Shown here in pieces: positions 9,595-18,179 of a stretch of 48,735 bases of DNA. The stretch's first letter is position 1. Every line of letters starts with the position of its first letter. The notes beneath the pieces are model-generated. The model was not told the origin of the DNA, searched no databases, and was given only the letters and a program-made list of their open reading frames with translations. Source of the stretch: an uncultured Clostridia bacterium (GTDB taxonomy: Bacteria; Bacillota; Clostridia; TANB77; CAG-508); assembly GCA_944388985.1 (NCBI GenBank), contig CALXKT010000002.1, forward strand, positions 1 to 48,735. The letters are read 5' to 3'. Made by a program: the position numbers and the translations under genes.

Positions 9595-9801
9595 GAAATG
9601 CAGGTAGTGGGTACTTTTCATTTTGTATTTACTCCCCCCAACATCGAACAGTCTGTAGTAAAAATTACAGGGATACTGCCTATTTCTACTTGAAGAAAAA
9701 ACAAGTTTTTTCTTCAAGAGTAATTTTTCCACAGACTGTAACTTGTCGGTCCCCACCTTGAGTCGTAAATAAAAATGAAAAGTACCCACTACCTGCATTT
9801 C
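9595..9801. mobile_element. 207-bp nested palindromic, MITE-like element (unclassified)
   Basis: 37-bp terminal inverted repeats GAAATGCAGGTAGTGGGTACTTTTCATTTT(G)TATTTAC with one indel. Inner inverted repeats are ACAGTCTGT..GTAAAAATTAC / GTAATTTTTCC..ACAGACTGT and CTTGAAGAAAAAAC-aa-GTTTTTTCTTCAAG. Confidence 0.5.
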
Positions 9802-9819
9802 AACAAGATATAATCTATT

Positions 9820-9838
9820 GTGTGTCCCCTTGTTTCAT
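9820..9838. repeat. single GGGACA-box unit (subfamily D)
   Basis: GTGTGTCCCCTTGTTTCAT, 4 nt from the rimO stop. The same unit occurs at 46358-46376, and in the inverse orientation at 223-241. Confidence 0.7.
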
Positions 9839-9841
9839 TTT

Positions 9842-11206
9842 TCAACTCACAATCAAATCGTAATTGCTTACATCTTCTACTCTTCCCTTTACAAAAGTAC
9901 CTAATTTCAATTTTTCCTTTGCATGAAAGTATACTATTCCATCAATTTCGGGTACATCTTTGTCGGTTCTTCCTATATAAGTTTTTCCATCAAAAGATAC
10001 CTCTTCTAGTAGAACTTCTACTTCTTTTCCAATTTGCTTTTCTAAATTTTCCTTAGAAATCTGCTGTTGCAAAGTCATAATCTTATTATATCTACTCTTC
10101 TTCGTCATCGGATGTATCTGTTCTTTTATTCTAGCAGCAGGTGTTCCTTCCTCTTTGGAATACGAAAAGCAACCTAACTTATCAAATTTTGCTTCTTGCA
10201 AAAAGGCATATAGCTCCTCAAAATCTTCTTTTGTTTCTCCAGGAAAGCCAACCATAACGGTTGTTCTAATGACAACATCCGGAATCTCGCTTCTTAATTT
10301 TTGAATAAGTTTTCGGATGGATTTTCCATCACTTTGTCGATTCATTCTTTTTAAAACCGAATCGGAAATATGCTGGATAGGAATATCAAAATAATTACAT
10401 ATTTTTTTATTCTCTTTTACCACTTTTATTAATTCGTCATCAATCGTTTCCGGATAAGCATATAAGAAACGAATCCAATGGATTTCTTTTATCCTGCATA
10501 ACTCTTGCAAAAGTTCAGCCAAACGTGGTTTTCCATATATATCGATACCATATTTGGTCGTATCTTGTGCAATTAAAATAAGCTCTTTATATCCTTGTTT
10601 TGCAAGTTTTTTTGCTTCTTTTAGAATTTCCTCCATTTTTCTGCTAATTTGTGGACCTCGAATATATGGTATTGCACAATAGGTACATCGATTGCTACAG
10701 CCATCTGCAATTTTCAGATAAGCATAATTTGAGCCTGTCGAAATAACCCTATCTTCTACTTGGTTAAAATTACAATACTTTTCTTTGTTTTGAGCTAACA
10801 TGTTCTCCTTGTTGTTACTGGTTGTTTGCTCACCAATCGCATCTTTTGTCTTTTTCTCCTCTAGCAAATCCACAATTTGTTCCCATAAAGAATTATATTC
10901 ACTATATTTAATAAATAAATCCACTTCTGGAATCGCCTTTTGTAATTCCTCTTTATACCTTTCTACTAAACATCCCATCACAATAAGATATTTACATTTT
11001 TTCTTTTTGTATTCAGCCATTTCCAAAATGGTATTAATCGCCTCTTCTTTAGCTGATTGAATAAAGCCACATGTATTAATCACAATGGCATCTGCTTCTT
11101 CTGGCTTATTTACAATTTCATAATTGTTTGCTTTAAAAATTCCAATTGTTTTTTCCGTATCTACCAAATTCTTACTACATCCCAATGATACAAATCCTAT
11201 TTTCAT
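9842..11206 (-). CDS. rimO: ribosomal protein S12 methylthiotransferase
   Basis: N-terminal MTTase domain (VSLGCSKNLVDTE), radical-SAM CSNRCTYC and a C-terminal TRAM-like domain. Confidence 0.8.
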   Translation of the reverse strand: MKIGFVSLGCSKNLVDTEKTIGIFKANNYEIVNKPEEADAIVINTCGFIQSAKEEAINTILEMAEYKKKKCKYLIVMGCLVERYKEELQKAIPEVDLFIKYSEYNSLWEQIVDLLEEKKTKDAIGEQTTSNNKENMLAQNKEKYCNFNQVEDRVISTGSNYAYLKIADGCSNRCTYCAIPYIRGPQISRKMEEILKEAKKLAKQGYKELILIAQDTTKYGIDIYGKPRLAELLQELCRIKEIHWIRFLYAYPETIDDELIKVVKENKKICNYFDIPIQHISDSVLKRMNRQSDGKSIRKLIQKLRSEIPDVVIRTTVMVGFPGETKEDFEELYAFLQEAKFDKLGCFSYSKEEGTPAARIKEQIHPMTKKSRYNKIMTLQQQISKENLEKQIGKEVEVLLEEVSFDGKTYIGRTDKDVPEIDGIVYFHAKEKLKLGTFVKGRVEDVSNYDLIVS

Positions 11207-11227
11207 TTTTTCTTCCTTTCTTAATTA

Positions 11228-11366
11228 CTTGAACAGAAGGGACACTCCTAAACGTTCAAGAATTTGAACAAAAGGGACAGTCCTTGTTCGCTGTTTCCTT
11301 AAAAAAATAAGGAGTGTCCCAAAAGTTTAAGAACTTGAACAAAAAGGAGTGTCCCTTCTGTTCAAG
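11228..11366. repeat. GGGACA-box repeat cluster (subfamily A), 139-bp expanded palindrome
   Basis: Outer 21-bp arms CTTGAACAGAAGGGACACTCC / GGAGTGTCCCTTCTGTTCAAG are perfect. Four boxes at 11239, 11274, 11315 and 11350. Confidence 0.9.
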
Positions 11367-11383
11367 CTTTTCTTCTTTTGTTG

Positions 11384-12649
11384 TTACTGTGCTAGCACTC
11401 CATTCAATCGATTTAATCCCGAAACTAATTTGTCATACGTCTCTCTTGTTATGGTATTTAAAAGTTCTGGATTATATGAATTAATAGCGCCTTTCATATC
11501 AATTAATTCTATTCTATTTTCCGCTTCTGTTCCATTGTCTAATACATAAATTGGCGTATAATCCACTTTGTTTAAATAAACTTCTCCTTCACTTTTTATT
11601 AATTCAATATTGAGTATTAGCTCTGTTCTAGCATCTTCTGAGCTTAACGTAGAAATAAAGGTTCCTATGGAATAAGCAATAAAAACATTTTTTCCTTGCT
11701 TGTTTTGCACTACCTCCATTGGTTGAACCACAGATGGATGGGAGCCTAGAATTAAATCTGCTCCATTTTCTACTAAAAATCCAGCAATTTGCCTTTGTTC
11801 ATCACTAACCGTTGTAGAAAGAGCATCTCCCCAGTGAATTAGAACGCAAATGTAATCAGCTCCCTCTTTTTTAGCATATTCAATATCAGACTTTGCTTGC
11901 TCTTCACTATATAAATTGATGGCACTTAATTCTTTGTCTGTTTTTTTGTCTTGTTCATCTACAAAACAGGTATATGTTAAAAATGCAATCTTTGTGTTTT
12001 TTACTTCTTGCATTTCTACAGCTCGTGGCGTATCTATTTTATCACCTACTACCAAAAAGCCCATTTCCTCTAGGTTGTTTTTTGTCTCAGTTAATCCTGT
12101 TAATCCTCTGTCTAAACTATGATTATGCGAAATAGAAACAACATTAATTCCTGTGTTGCTTACAGCTTGTGCAAATTCTCGTGGAGCATTTTCACTATTA
12201 TATTCTCCTTCTGAAACACAGGTTTCCATCGTTCCCATAACTATGTCTGCACCTTTTACATAGTCTGTAACATTAGTGAACATATGCGAAAAATCATATT
12301 CTCCCTTTTCACTCTGATAAGCATCATCTAGCATTTCTTGACTACATAAAATATCTCCCACAGCAGACATTGTAATTAAAACATCAGAATTCGATATATT
12401 CTGATTTGCTCTTGTAATAGCTTCATTCATTTTAGTAAATACCTCTTGTGACTGCTTTTCTATTGTTTCCTTTTCTTTTGCTATTTCTTGCTTATCTAGA
12501 TACCTTTGATAGTTATAAATCCCAGTGCAAATGATAATAATTACAATTAATATTCCTATAATAATGAAAAAATTTCTATTTGTTAACACTTCTTTTATGG
12601 AACGAATTCTTCTAACATTTCTTCTATTTCTTGCCATTTTTTCTATCAT
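11384..12649 (-). CDS. CapA-family (PGA_cap, metallophosphatase-like) membrane-anchored protein
   Basis: N-terminal TM helix followed by SAVGDILC, ISHNHSLD and HWG motifs typical of CapA/YwtB-like proteins. Confidence 0.7.
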   Translation of the reverse strand: MIEKMARNRRNVRRIRSIKEVLTNRNFFIIIGILIVIIIICTGIYNYQRYLDKQEIAKEKETIEKQSQEVFTKMNEAITRANQNISNSDVLITMSAVGDILCSQEMLDDAYQSEKGEYDFSHMFTNVTDYVKGADIVMGTMETCVSEGEYNSENAPREFAQAVSNTGINVVSISHNHSLDRGLTGLTETKNNLEEMGFLVVGDKIDTPRAVEMQEVKNTKIAFLTYTCFVDEQDKKTDKELSAINLYSEEQAKSDIEYAKKEGADYICVLIHWGDALSTTVSDEQRQIAGFLVENGADLILGSHPSVVQPMEVVQNKQGKNVFIAYSIGTFISTLSSEDARTELILNIELIKSEGEVYLNKVDYTPIYVLDNGTEAENRIELIDMKGAINSYNPELLNTITRETYDKLVSGLNRLNGVLAQ

Positions 12650-12790
12650 TCCTTCCTAAGGTACACATTCGGTTGTAGCAAAATGAAAATCTCCAACCTT
12701 TTCCCTTTTGTGAATTTATATAACACCACTATTATAAAGAATTTGTAGAAATATGTCAACCAACTTTTTGGTCAATATTTTTACTTTGTA

Positions 12791-12819
12791 TTGAATATTT
12801 TTGGTTAATATTGTAAAAT
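12791..12819 (+). promoter_or_regulatory. putative promoter of the acyl-CoA synthetase gene
   Basis: TTGAAT, 17-nt spacer, TAAAAT. The spacer contains the TTTTTGGTTAAT motif shared with the fab promoter region. Confidence 0.4.
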
Positions 12820-12904
12820 ATATCCAAATTCAAATTTAATTCTTTTCCAAGCAGATGTATGCCTTAAGAATATAAATAAATATAAAGTGAAAGGAAATGA
12901 TAAA

Positions 12905-14632
12905 ATGAGTAAATACAAAAGAAAATTATATGATGCAGACAAAATAAATGATTTTCGTGGACTTATTAATCGCTATTCTACTCTTTATGCTGATAAAGTT
13001 GCATTCGAATTCAAAAAAACACCAGATGCAACAGAACATATAAAAATTACTTATGGTCAATTTGTAAAAGATATTAAAGCACTTGCTACTTCTTTACTTG
13101 GGCTTGGCTTATCTCAAAAAAGAGTTGCTTTAGTTGGTCCCAACCGTTATGAATGGTGCACCAGCTACTTAGCAATTACTACTTCCGACATGGTAGTAGT
13201 CCCACTTGATAAATCCTTACCAGATAATGAAATTGAAGACCTAATTATGCGAAGCAAAGCGGAAGCTGTCATTTTTGACCAAAAATATGCAGAAGTATTT
13301 TCCAAAATCGCAGCCGAGGGAAAATCCCATTTAACTTCTTTTATTTGCATGGATGAAACGGAGCATTTTCCAAGTCTATCTAGCCTTATTCAAAAAGGTA
13401 ATTCAATGCTTACCAATGGAGATACTACCTATGATTCCATTAAAATTGATAACCAAAAAATGTCGATTATGCTTTTCACTTCTGGTACCACCTCCATTTC
13501 CAAAGCAGTGGCTCTTTCCCAATCTAATATTTGCGAAGACATCTATGCTCTTGCACAAATGACAGATATTCGAAAAGAAGATACTTTTTTATCTTTTTTA
13601 CCACTGCATCATACGTTTGAATCAACTTGTACTTTTTTATATGGTACTTTTTCTGGCATCACAGTTGCTTTTTGTGATGGGCTTAAATACATTCAAAAAA
13701 ATCTAGCAGAATTTAAAGTAACAGGACTTGTTTGTGTTCCTTTAATGTTAGAAATTATGTATAAAAAAATCAAAAAAGGAATTGAAGAAAAAGGAAAAAC
13801 AAAATTAGTACACAATATGACCAAAGTTTGTAATGGCCTATTAAAATTTGGAATTGATATTCGTCGAAAAGTATTTAAAGAAGTATTAGACAACTTAGGT
13901 GGCAAAATCCGATTTTTAATTGCTGGAGGCGCTGCGATGAGTCGAGAGGCTATCCAAGGATTTTTAGACTTAGGCATCAATTTGCTACAAGGTTATGGAT
14001 TAACTGAAACTTCTCCTGTGGTAGCCGGGGAAAATGACAAATTTAAAAGATGTGGTTCTGTTGGTTTTCCTCTTCCAGGAATTGATGTTAAAATAGACAA
14101 CCCAGACAAAGACGGAACTGGAGAAATTGCAGTAAAAGCACCTACCGTAATGCTTGGCTATGTAGACAATCCTAAAGCAACTGCTGAAGTTCTAAAAGAT
14201 GGATGGTTTTATACTGGAGATTTAGGCTATTTTGATAAAGATGGATTTTTATTCATCACGGGAAGAAAAAAAGATGTAATTGTTTTAAAAAATGGAAAAA
14301 ATATTTTTCCAGAAGAAATTGAAATATTAATAAATAATTTACCTTATGTATCAGAATGCATGGTTTTTGGAAGACCTTGTGATGATGGCGACTACAAAAT
14401 AGGAGCCAAAATTGTCTATAACAAAGAGATAGTAGAAAAAGAATTTCCAAATATTACGCAAGAAGAGTTATACAAAATAATATGGAATGATATTAAGGAA
14501 AAAGTAAATCATAAGATGCCAGCTTATAAATACGTAAGAGAAATTATGATAACAGAAGCACCTTTAATTAAGACTACCACGCAAAAAGTAAAACGCCATG
14601 AGGAATTAAAGCTAATTTTAGGCGAAGCTTGA
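12905..14632 (+). CDS. AMP-dependent long-chain acyl-CoA synthetase/ligase
   Basis: AMP-binding motifs MLFTSGTTSISKAV, GYGLTETS and TGDLGYFDKDGFLFITGRKKD. Start placed at the ATG at 12905 (AAAGGAA upstream). The stop TGA at 14630-14632 lies inside a repeat unit. Confidence 0.8.
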   Translation: MSKYKRKLYDADKINDFRGLINRYSTLYADKVAFEFKKTPDATEHIKITYGQFVKDIKALATSLLGLGLSQKRVALVGPNRYEWCTSYLAITTSDMVVVPLDKSLPDNEIEDLIMRSKAEAVIFDQKYAEVFSKIAAEGKSHLTSFICMDETEHFPSLSSLIQKGNSMLTNGDTTYDSIKIDNQKMSIMLFTSGTTSISKAVALSQSNICEDIYALAQMTDIRKEDTFLSFLPLHHTFESTCTFLYGTFSGITVAFCDGLKYIQKNLAEFKVTGLVCVPLMLEIMYKKIKKGIEEKGKTKLVHNMTKVCNGLLKFGIDIRRKVFKEVLDNLGGKIRFLIAGGAAMSREAIQGFLDLGINLLQGYGLTETSPVVAGENDKFKRCGSVGFPLPGIDVKIDNPDKDGTGEIAVKAPTVMLGYVDNPKATAEVLKDGWFYTGDLGYFDKDGFLFITGRKKDVIVLKNGKNIFPEEIEILINNLPYVSECMVFGRPCDDGDYKIGAKIVYNKEIVEKEFPNITQEELYKIIWNDIKEKVNHKMPAYKYVREIMITEAPLIKTTTQKVKRHEELKLILGEA

Positions 14633-14695
14633 ACAGAAGGGACACTCCTAAACGTTCAAGAACTTGAACAAAAAGGAGTGTCCCTTCTGTTCAAG
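14628..14695. repeat. GGGACA-box repeat, 68-bp palindrome (subfamily A) between convergent genes
   Basis: Same perfect 21-bp arms as at 11228/11346. The 26-nt spacer contains the palindrome GTTCAAGAACTTGAAC. Confidence 0.9.
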
Positions 14696-14702
14696 TTCTT
14701 GT

Positions 14703-15887
14703 TTAATCATTGCTACACATATGTTTACGTGTCATTTCTAATAAATTTAGTTTGGAAAATCCTACAATTTGTGTTTTTGATCTATCTCTTCGCAACTGTT
14801 CGCGAAGTAACTCGATAATTTTTTCTTCGTTTTCTTTGCTTTGCATATCAATATAGTCAATAATAATAATTCCGCCAATGTCTCTTAGTCTTAATTGTTT
14901 TGCAATTTCAATGGTTGCCTCTTTGTTTACGGTAAAGATGGTTTCTTCTAAATCTTTCTTTCCTGTATATTTTCCAGAATTCACGTCAATGGCAGTTAAT
15001 GCTTCTGTTTTGTCAATTGTGATAAATCCCCCGCATTTTAGCCAAATTTTTCGATTATTCATCTCTTCCAATTGCTTTTCCAAATCGTAAAATTCTAACA
15101 AATTTTCTCTCATTTTCAATTGGATTTCCACATTTTCCTGTTTTAAAAAGCTTTCTATTTCTTTATAAGTTGCCTTATCATTCGTTACAATGCGGTATAA
15201 GTCTTGATCCATCAAATCAACCAAAGTTTTTTGAATCACACTTTCGCTTTGGTATAAAAGTACCGGTTTTTTTACTCTTTTGGCTTTTTGAAACTTTTTC
15301 TGAATATCCTCGCATCTATTAACAAGCTTTTTTACATCGTATTCTATTTCCTCTTTTGTCTTGGAAACAGCAGAAGTTCTTACAATAGCGCCATACCCCT
15401 CTGGTACCACTTCTTTTAGAATAGTAAGCAATCTTTCTCTTTCTTGTTCATCATCTATTTTTTGCGAAATAGTAATAAAATTTTCTTGTGGCATAAGAAC
15501 ACAAAATCTACCAGATATGCTAATATGGGAAGAAATTCTAGCACCTTTTTTATTGGTACTATCTTTTTTTACCTGTACCATAATTGGCATCCCCGGTTTC
15601 AAATAATCTTTAATATCATATTTGCCAAAGATTTCGTTTTTGTTTCCGGTTTCATTACTTGCTTTTGGAATAATATCACGAATATGAATAAAAGTATTTT
15701 TTTCCTTTCCAATATCCACAAAAGCAGCTTGCATACCAGGCAATACATTTTCAACAATACCTAAATAGATATTGTCTTCCATTCGTTCCTTGCCATCTTC
15801 TTCCTCGTATTTTTCAATTAATTTTCCATTTTCGATTAATAGGATTTTTTTAGAATGGTTTTCTACATTAATAAATAGTTCTTGCAT
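14703..15887 (-). CDS. rng: ribonuclease G/E family (Rne/Rng)
   Basis: S1 domain (NIYLGIVENVLPGMQAAFVDIG), IDVNSGK and GGIIIIDYIDM catalytic-core motifs. Start at the second ATG, which has AAAGGAA upstream. Confidence 0.8.
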   Translation of the reverse strand: MQELFINVENHSKKILLIENGKLIEKYEEEDGKERMEDNIYLGIVENVLPGMQAAFVDIGKEKNTFIHIRDIIPKASNETGNKNEIFGKYDIKDYLKPGMPIMVQVKKDSTNKKGARISSHISISGRFCVLMPQENFITISQKIDDEQERERLLTILKEVVPEGYGAIVRTSAVSKTKEEIEYDVKKLVNRCEDIQKKFQKAKRVKKPVLLYQSESVIQKTLVDLMDQDLYRIVTNDKATYKEIESFLKQENVEIQLKMRENLLEFYDLEKQLEEMNNRKIWLKCGGFITIDKTEALTAIDVNSGKYTGKKDLEETIFTVNKEATIEIAKQLRLRDIGGIIIIDYIDMQSKENEEKIIELLREQLRRDRSKTQIVGFSKLNLLEMTRKHMCSND

Positions 15888-15918
15888 TTTTTTCCTTTCT
15901 TGCGTCATAAAAATTATT

Positions 15919-16476
15919 TTAATTAAATTGATTCATTGTATTATCAATACCATTTTTTATCCAGTATTCAATTGCTTCTACTGCTAAATCTTCTCCTTTT
16001 TGCAATTCGACATACTCTTCTGCAGGAATCTGCCCTATTACATAATCGATTCGGTCAAATTCGTCTTTTGGTCTGCCGATTCCTACACGAATACGAGGAA
16101 AGTCTTCGCTTTTTAATTCATATACCAATGATTTCATTCCATTGTGCGAACCCGGACCACCTTTGGCACGTACTCTAACCTTGCTTATTTCTGTGTCCAT
16201 ATCATCATACACAATTAGCACATTTGCTAATGGCTCTTTATAAAAGCGCACAAATTCCACTACAGACTCTCCACTATTATTCATAAAGGTTTGTGGTTTT
16301 ATTAAAATAACTTTTTCTCCTGCAACAATACCTGTTCCATAGATTGCATTATATTTTGTTCTATTTAAGCTTATTTCATGTTTTTGCGCTAATTTATTTA
16401 TTACATCAAATCCCATATTATGCCTAGTATTCGCATATTCTGGTTCTGGGTTACCAAGCCCTACAATTATGTACAT
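15919..16476 (-). CDS. pth: peptidyl-tRNA hydrolase
   Basis: GLGNPEPEYANTRHNMGF N-terminus and overall Pth pattern. 185 aa. Confidence 0.9.
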   Translation of the reverse strand: MYIIVGLGNPEPEYANTRHNMGFDVINKLAQKHEISLNRTKYNAIYGTGIVAGEKVILIKPQTFMNNSGESVVEFVRFYKEPLANVLIVYDDMDTEISKVRVRAKGGPGSHNGMKSLVYELKSEDFPRIRVGIGRPKDEFDRIDYVIGQIPAEEYVELQKGEDLAVEAIEYWIKNGIDNTMNQFN

Positions 16477-16533
16477 ATCTTTACCTTTCTTTAATTTTGC
16501 TCTAATATTTTGAATTATACATATATTGTCATC

Positions 16534-16989
16534 TTATATATATAATTCAAAATACCTCGCACCATTATCACTATCATATAAGTTTTCTAATTGCGTAAAA
16601 CCTCTTTTCAAATAAAAATTAATAGCCGTTTCTAACTTATCATACGTACCAAGCACTATCCTCTTGTAATTATCTTCTTTGGATTTTTCCATTACTCTAC
16701 GATACAAATCTTTTGATAGGCCAGTACCTCGATAATCTTTTCTCACATAGAGTTTTTTTAATTCTGCATCAAAATCATTAATTTTTCTTAAAGCAATAGT
16801 ACCTATTACGTTATCTTCTTCATCTAGTGCAATCCATAGTCCTCCGCCATTTTCTATGTATTCTAAATTGTTTTGTTCTTCTAATTCTTTTCTATATTCT
16901 TCAAATCCATATTCTTCCACAAAGATGGATATAATGAAATCATTTACATTCTCATTATATCTGTCTTCAAATTCTTTTATTTTATACAT
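16534..16989 (-). CDS. GNAT-family N-acetyltransferase
   Basis: LYVRKDYRGTGLSKDL acetyl-CoA binding motif. 151 aa. Confidence 0.75.
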   Translation of the reverse strand: MYKIKEFEDRYNENVNDFIISIFVEEYGFEEYRKELEEQNNLEYIENGGGLWIALDEEDNVIGTIALRKINDFDAELKKLYVRKDYRGTGLSKDLYRRVMEKSKEDNYKRIVLGTYDKLETAINFYLKRGFTQLENLYDSDNGARYFELYI

Positions 16990-17000
16990 TTTAAATCACC

Positions 17001-18128
17001 CTATTCTATTACATAATTGGCGATTTCTCGATAATATTTCTCAATTTTACTTATTGTAATATCCCAAGAATATCGCGCTGATTCTTCAACTCCATTCTTT
17101 ACTAAGGATTCTTTTAAATCCTTATCTTTTAAAATTATTTCAACTTTTTTAACAATGTCTTCTACATTGTCTTTTTCAATTATTAAGGCATTCTTGCCAT
17201 CCTCTATAAAATCCATATTTCCACCATTATTGGTCGTAACAATAGCTGCTCCACAAGTCATTGCTTCTAATACGGGTAAGCAAAAAGATTCGTACATAGA
17301 AGCACAGATATAAATATCTGTTTCCCTTAAAATATCGCCTATCACTTTTTGTGGTGGGTTTACAATAGGATTTAGGTTTGTGTTTTTTATAGGTACTGTA
17401 GGTGTAATCCAATTTAATTTTATTTGGTAACCTTTGTTTTTCAATACAGTAACAGCATCTAAAATATTTTGTATTCTTTTAAAATTTGTCTCTTCTGAGC
17501 CAATAATCGTAATATTGGGTACCTCGTTTTCAGGATGTGGTTTATAATAAAATACCCTATTATCTACCGCATTTGGTATTACGATTGCATCTGTATTATA
17601 AATTTGTTTTAATTTTTGCTTTGCGAAATTAGAGACCGTATAAACAAATTGAATCGTTTTTAATTGTTTTTTAATATATTCATAGGTTCTGTCCTCTAAC
17701 TTATCCAAATCAAATAAATGATAGTCTCCTTGCTCAAAATAAACAACTGGTGCTATTTTCTGTTCTACACTCTCATATATTTCTCTCCAATAGGTGGTAA
17801 CAATGACGTCTGTATCTTTTTCAATTACTTCGCATAGCACTTTTTCCCACGGTACTTGTAGAAATTGAACTTCTTTTCTTAAAGGAAACCATTCCGGTCT
17901 TTTATCATGAGAGATTAAGGTAACCTGATGTCCGGCTTCTGTTAATCTATTAGCATGTTCTAATATTATTTTAGAGCCTCCACACACTCCTGTCCAAGTC
18001 ATAACATAAGTTATTTTTAAGTTTTGTTTATTTTTTTCTGTTCGTCGTAATTTTTGTTTTTCTGCATGTTTCAGTCGTTCCTCACGTCTCATAAATTCCA
18101 TATTTTTTAGGAATTGGATATCTTCCAT
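17001..18128 (-). CDS. GT4/GT-B family glycosyltransferase
   Basis: C-terminal ESFCLPVLEAMTCGAAIVTTNNGG..DFIEDGKN signature of GT1/GT4 enzymes. The exact start is uncertain because there are several in-frame Met codons. Confidence 0.7.
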   Translation of the reverse strand: MEDIQFLKNMEFMRREERLKHAEKQKLRRTEKNKQNLKITYVMTWTGVCGGSKIILEHANRLTEAGHQVTLISHDKRPEWFPLRKEVQFLQVPWEKVLCEVIEKDTDVIVTTYWREIYESVEQKIAPVVYFEQGDYHLFDLDKLEDRTYEYIKKQLKTIQFVYTVSNFAKQKLKQIYNTDAIVIPNAVDNRVFYYKPHPENEVPNITIIGSEETNFKRIQNILDAVTVLKNKGYQIKLNWITPTVPIKNTNLNPIVNPPQKVIGDILRETDIYICASMYESFCLPVLEAMTCGAAIVTTNNGGNMDFIEDGKNALIIEKDNVEDIVKKVEIILKDKDLKESLVKNGVEESARYSWDITISKIEKYYREIANYVIE

Positions 18129-18179
18129 ACTTAATCCCCTTCCTTTCTAAATGTACATACTTTAAATGATGACTGTCCT

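Noticed and set aside
9466-9798. 110-aa minus-strand ORF upstream of fabH, which could have been a small fab regulator.
   Set aside because: It is read straight through the 207-bp nested palindrome and the fab promoter. It has no RBS, a low-complexity translation and no recognisable HTH.
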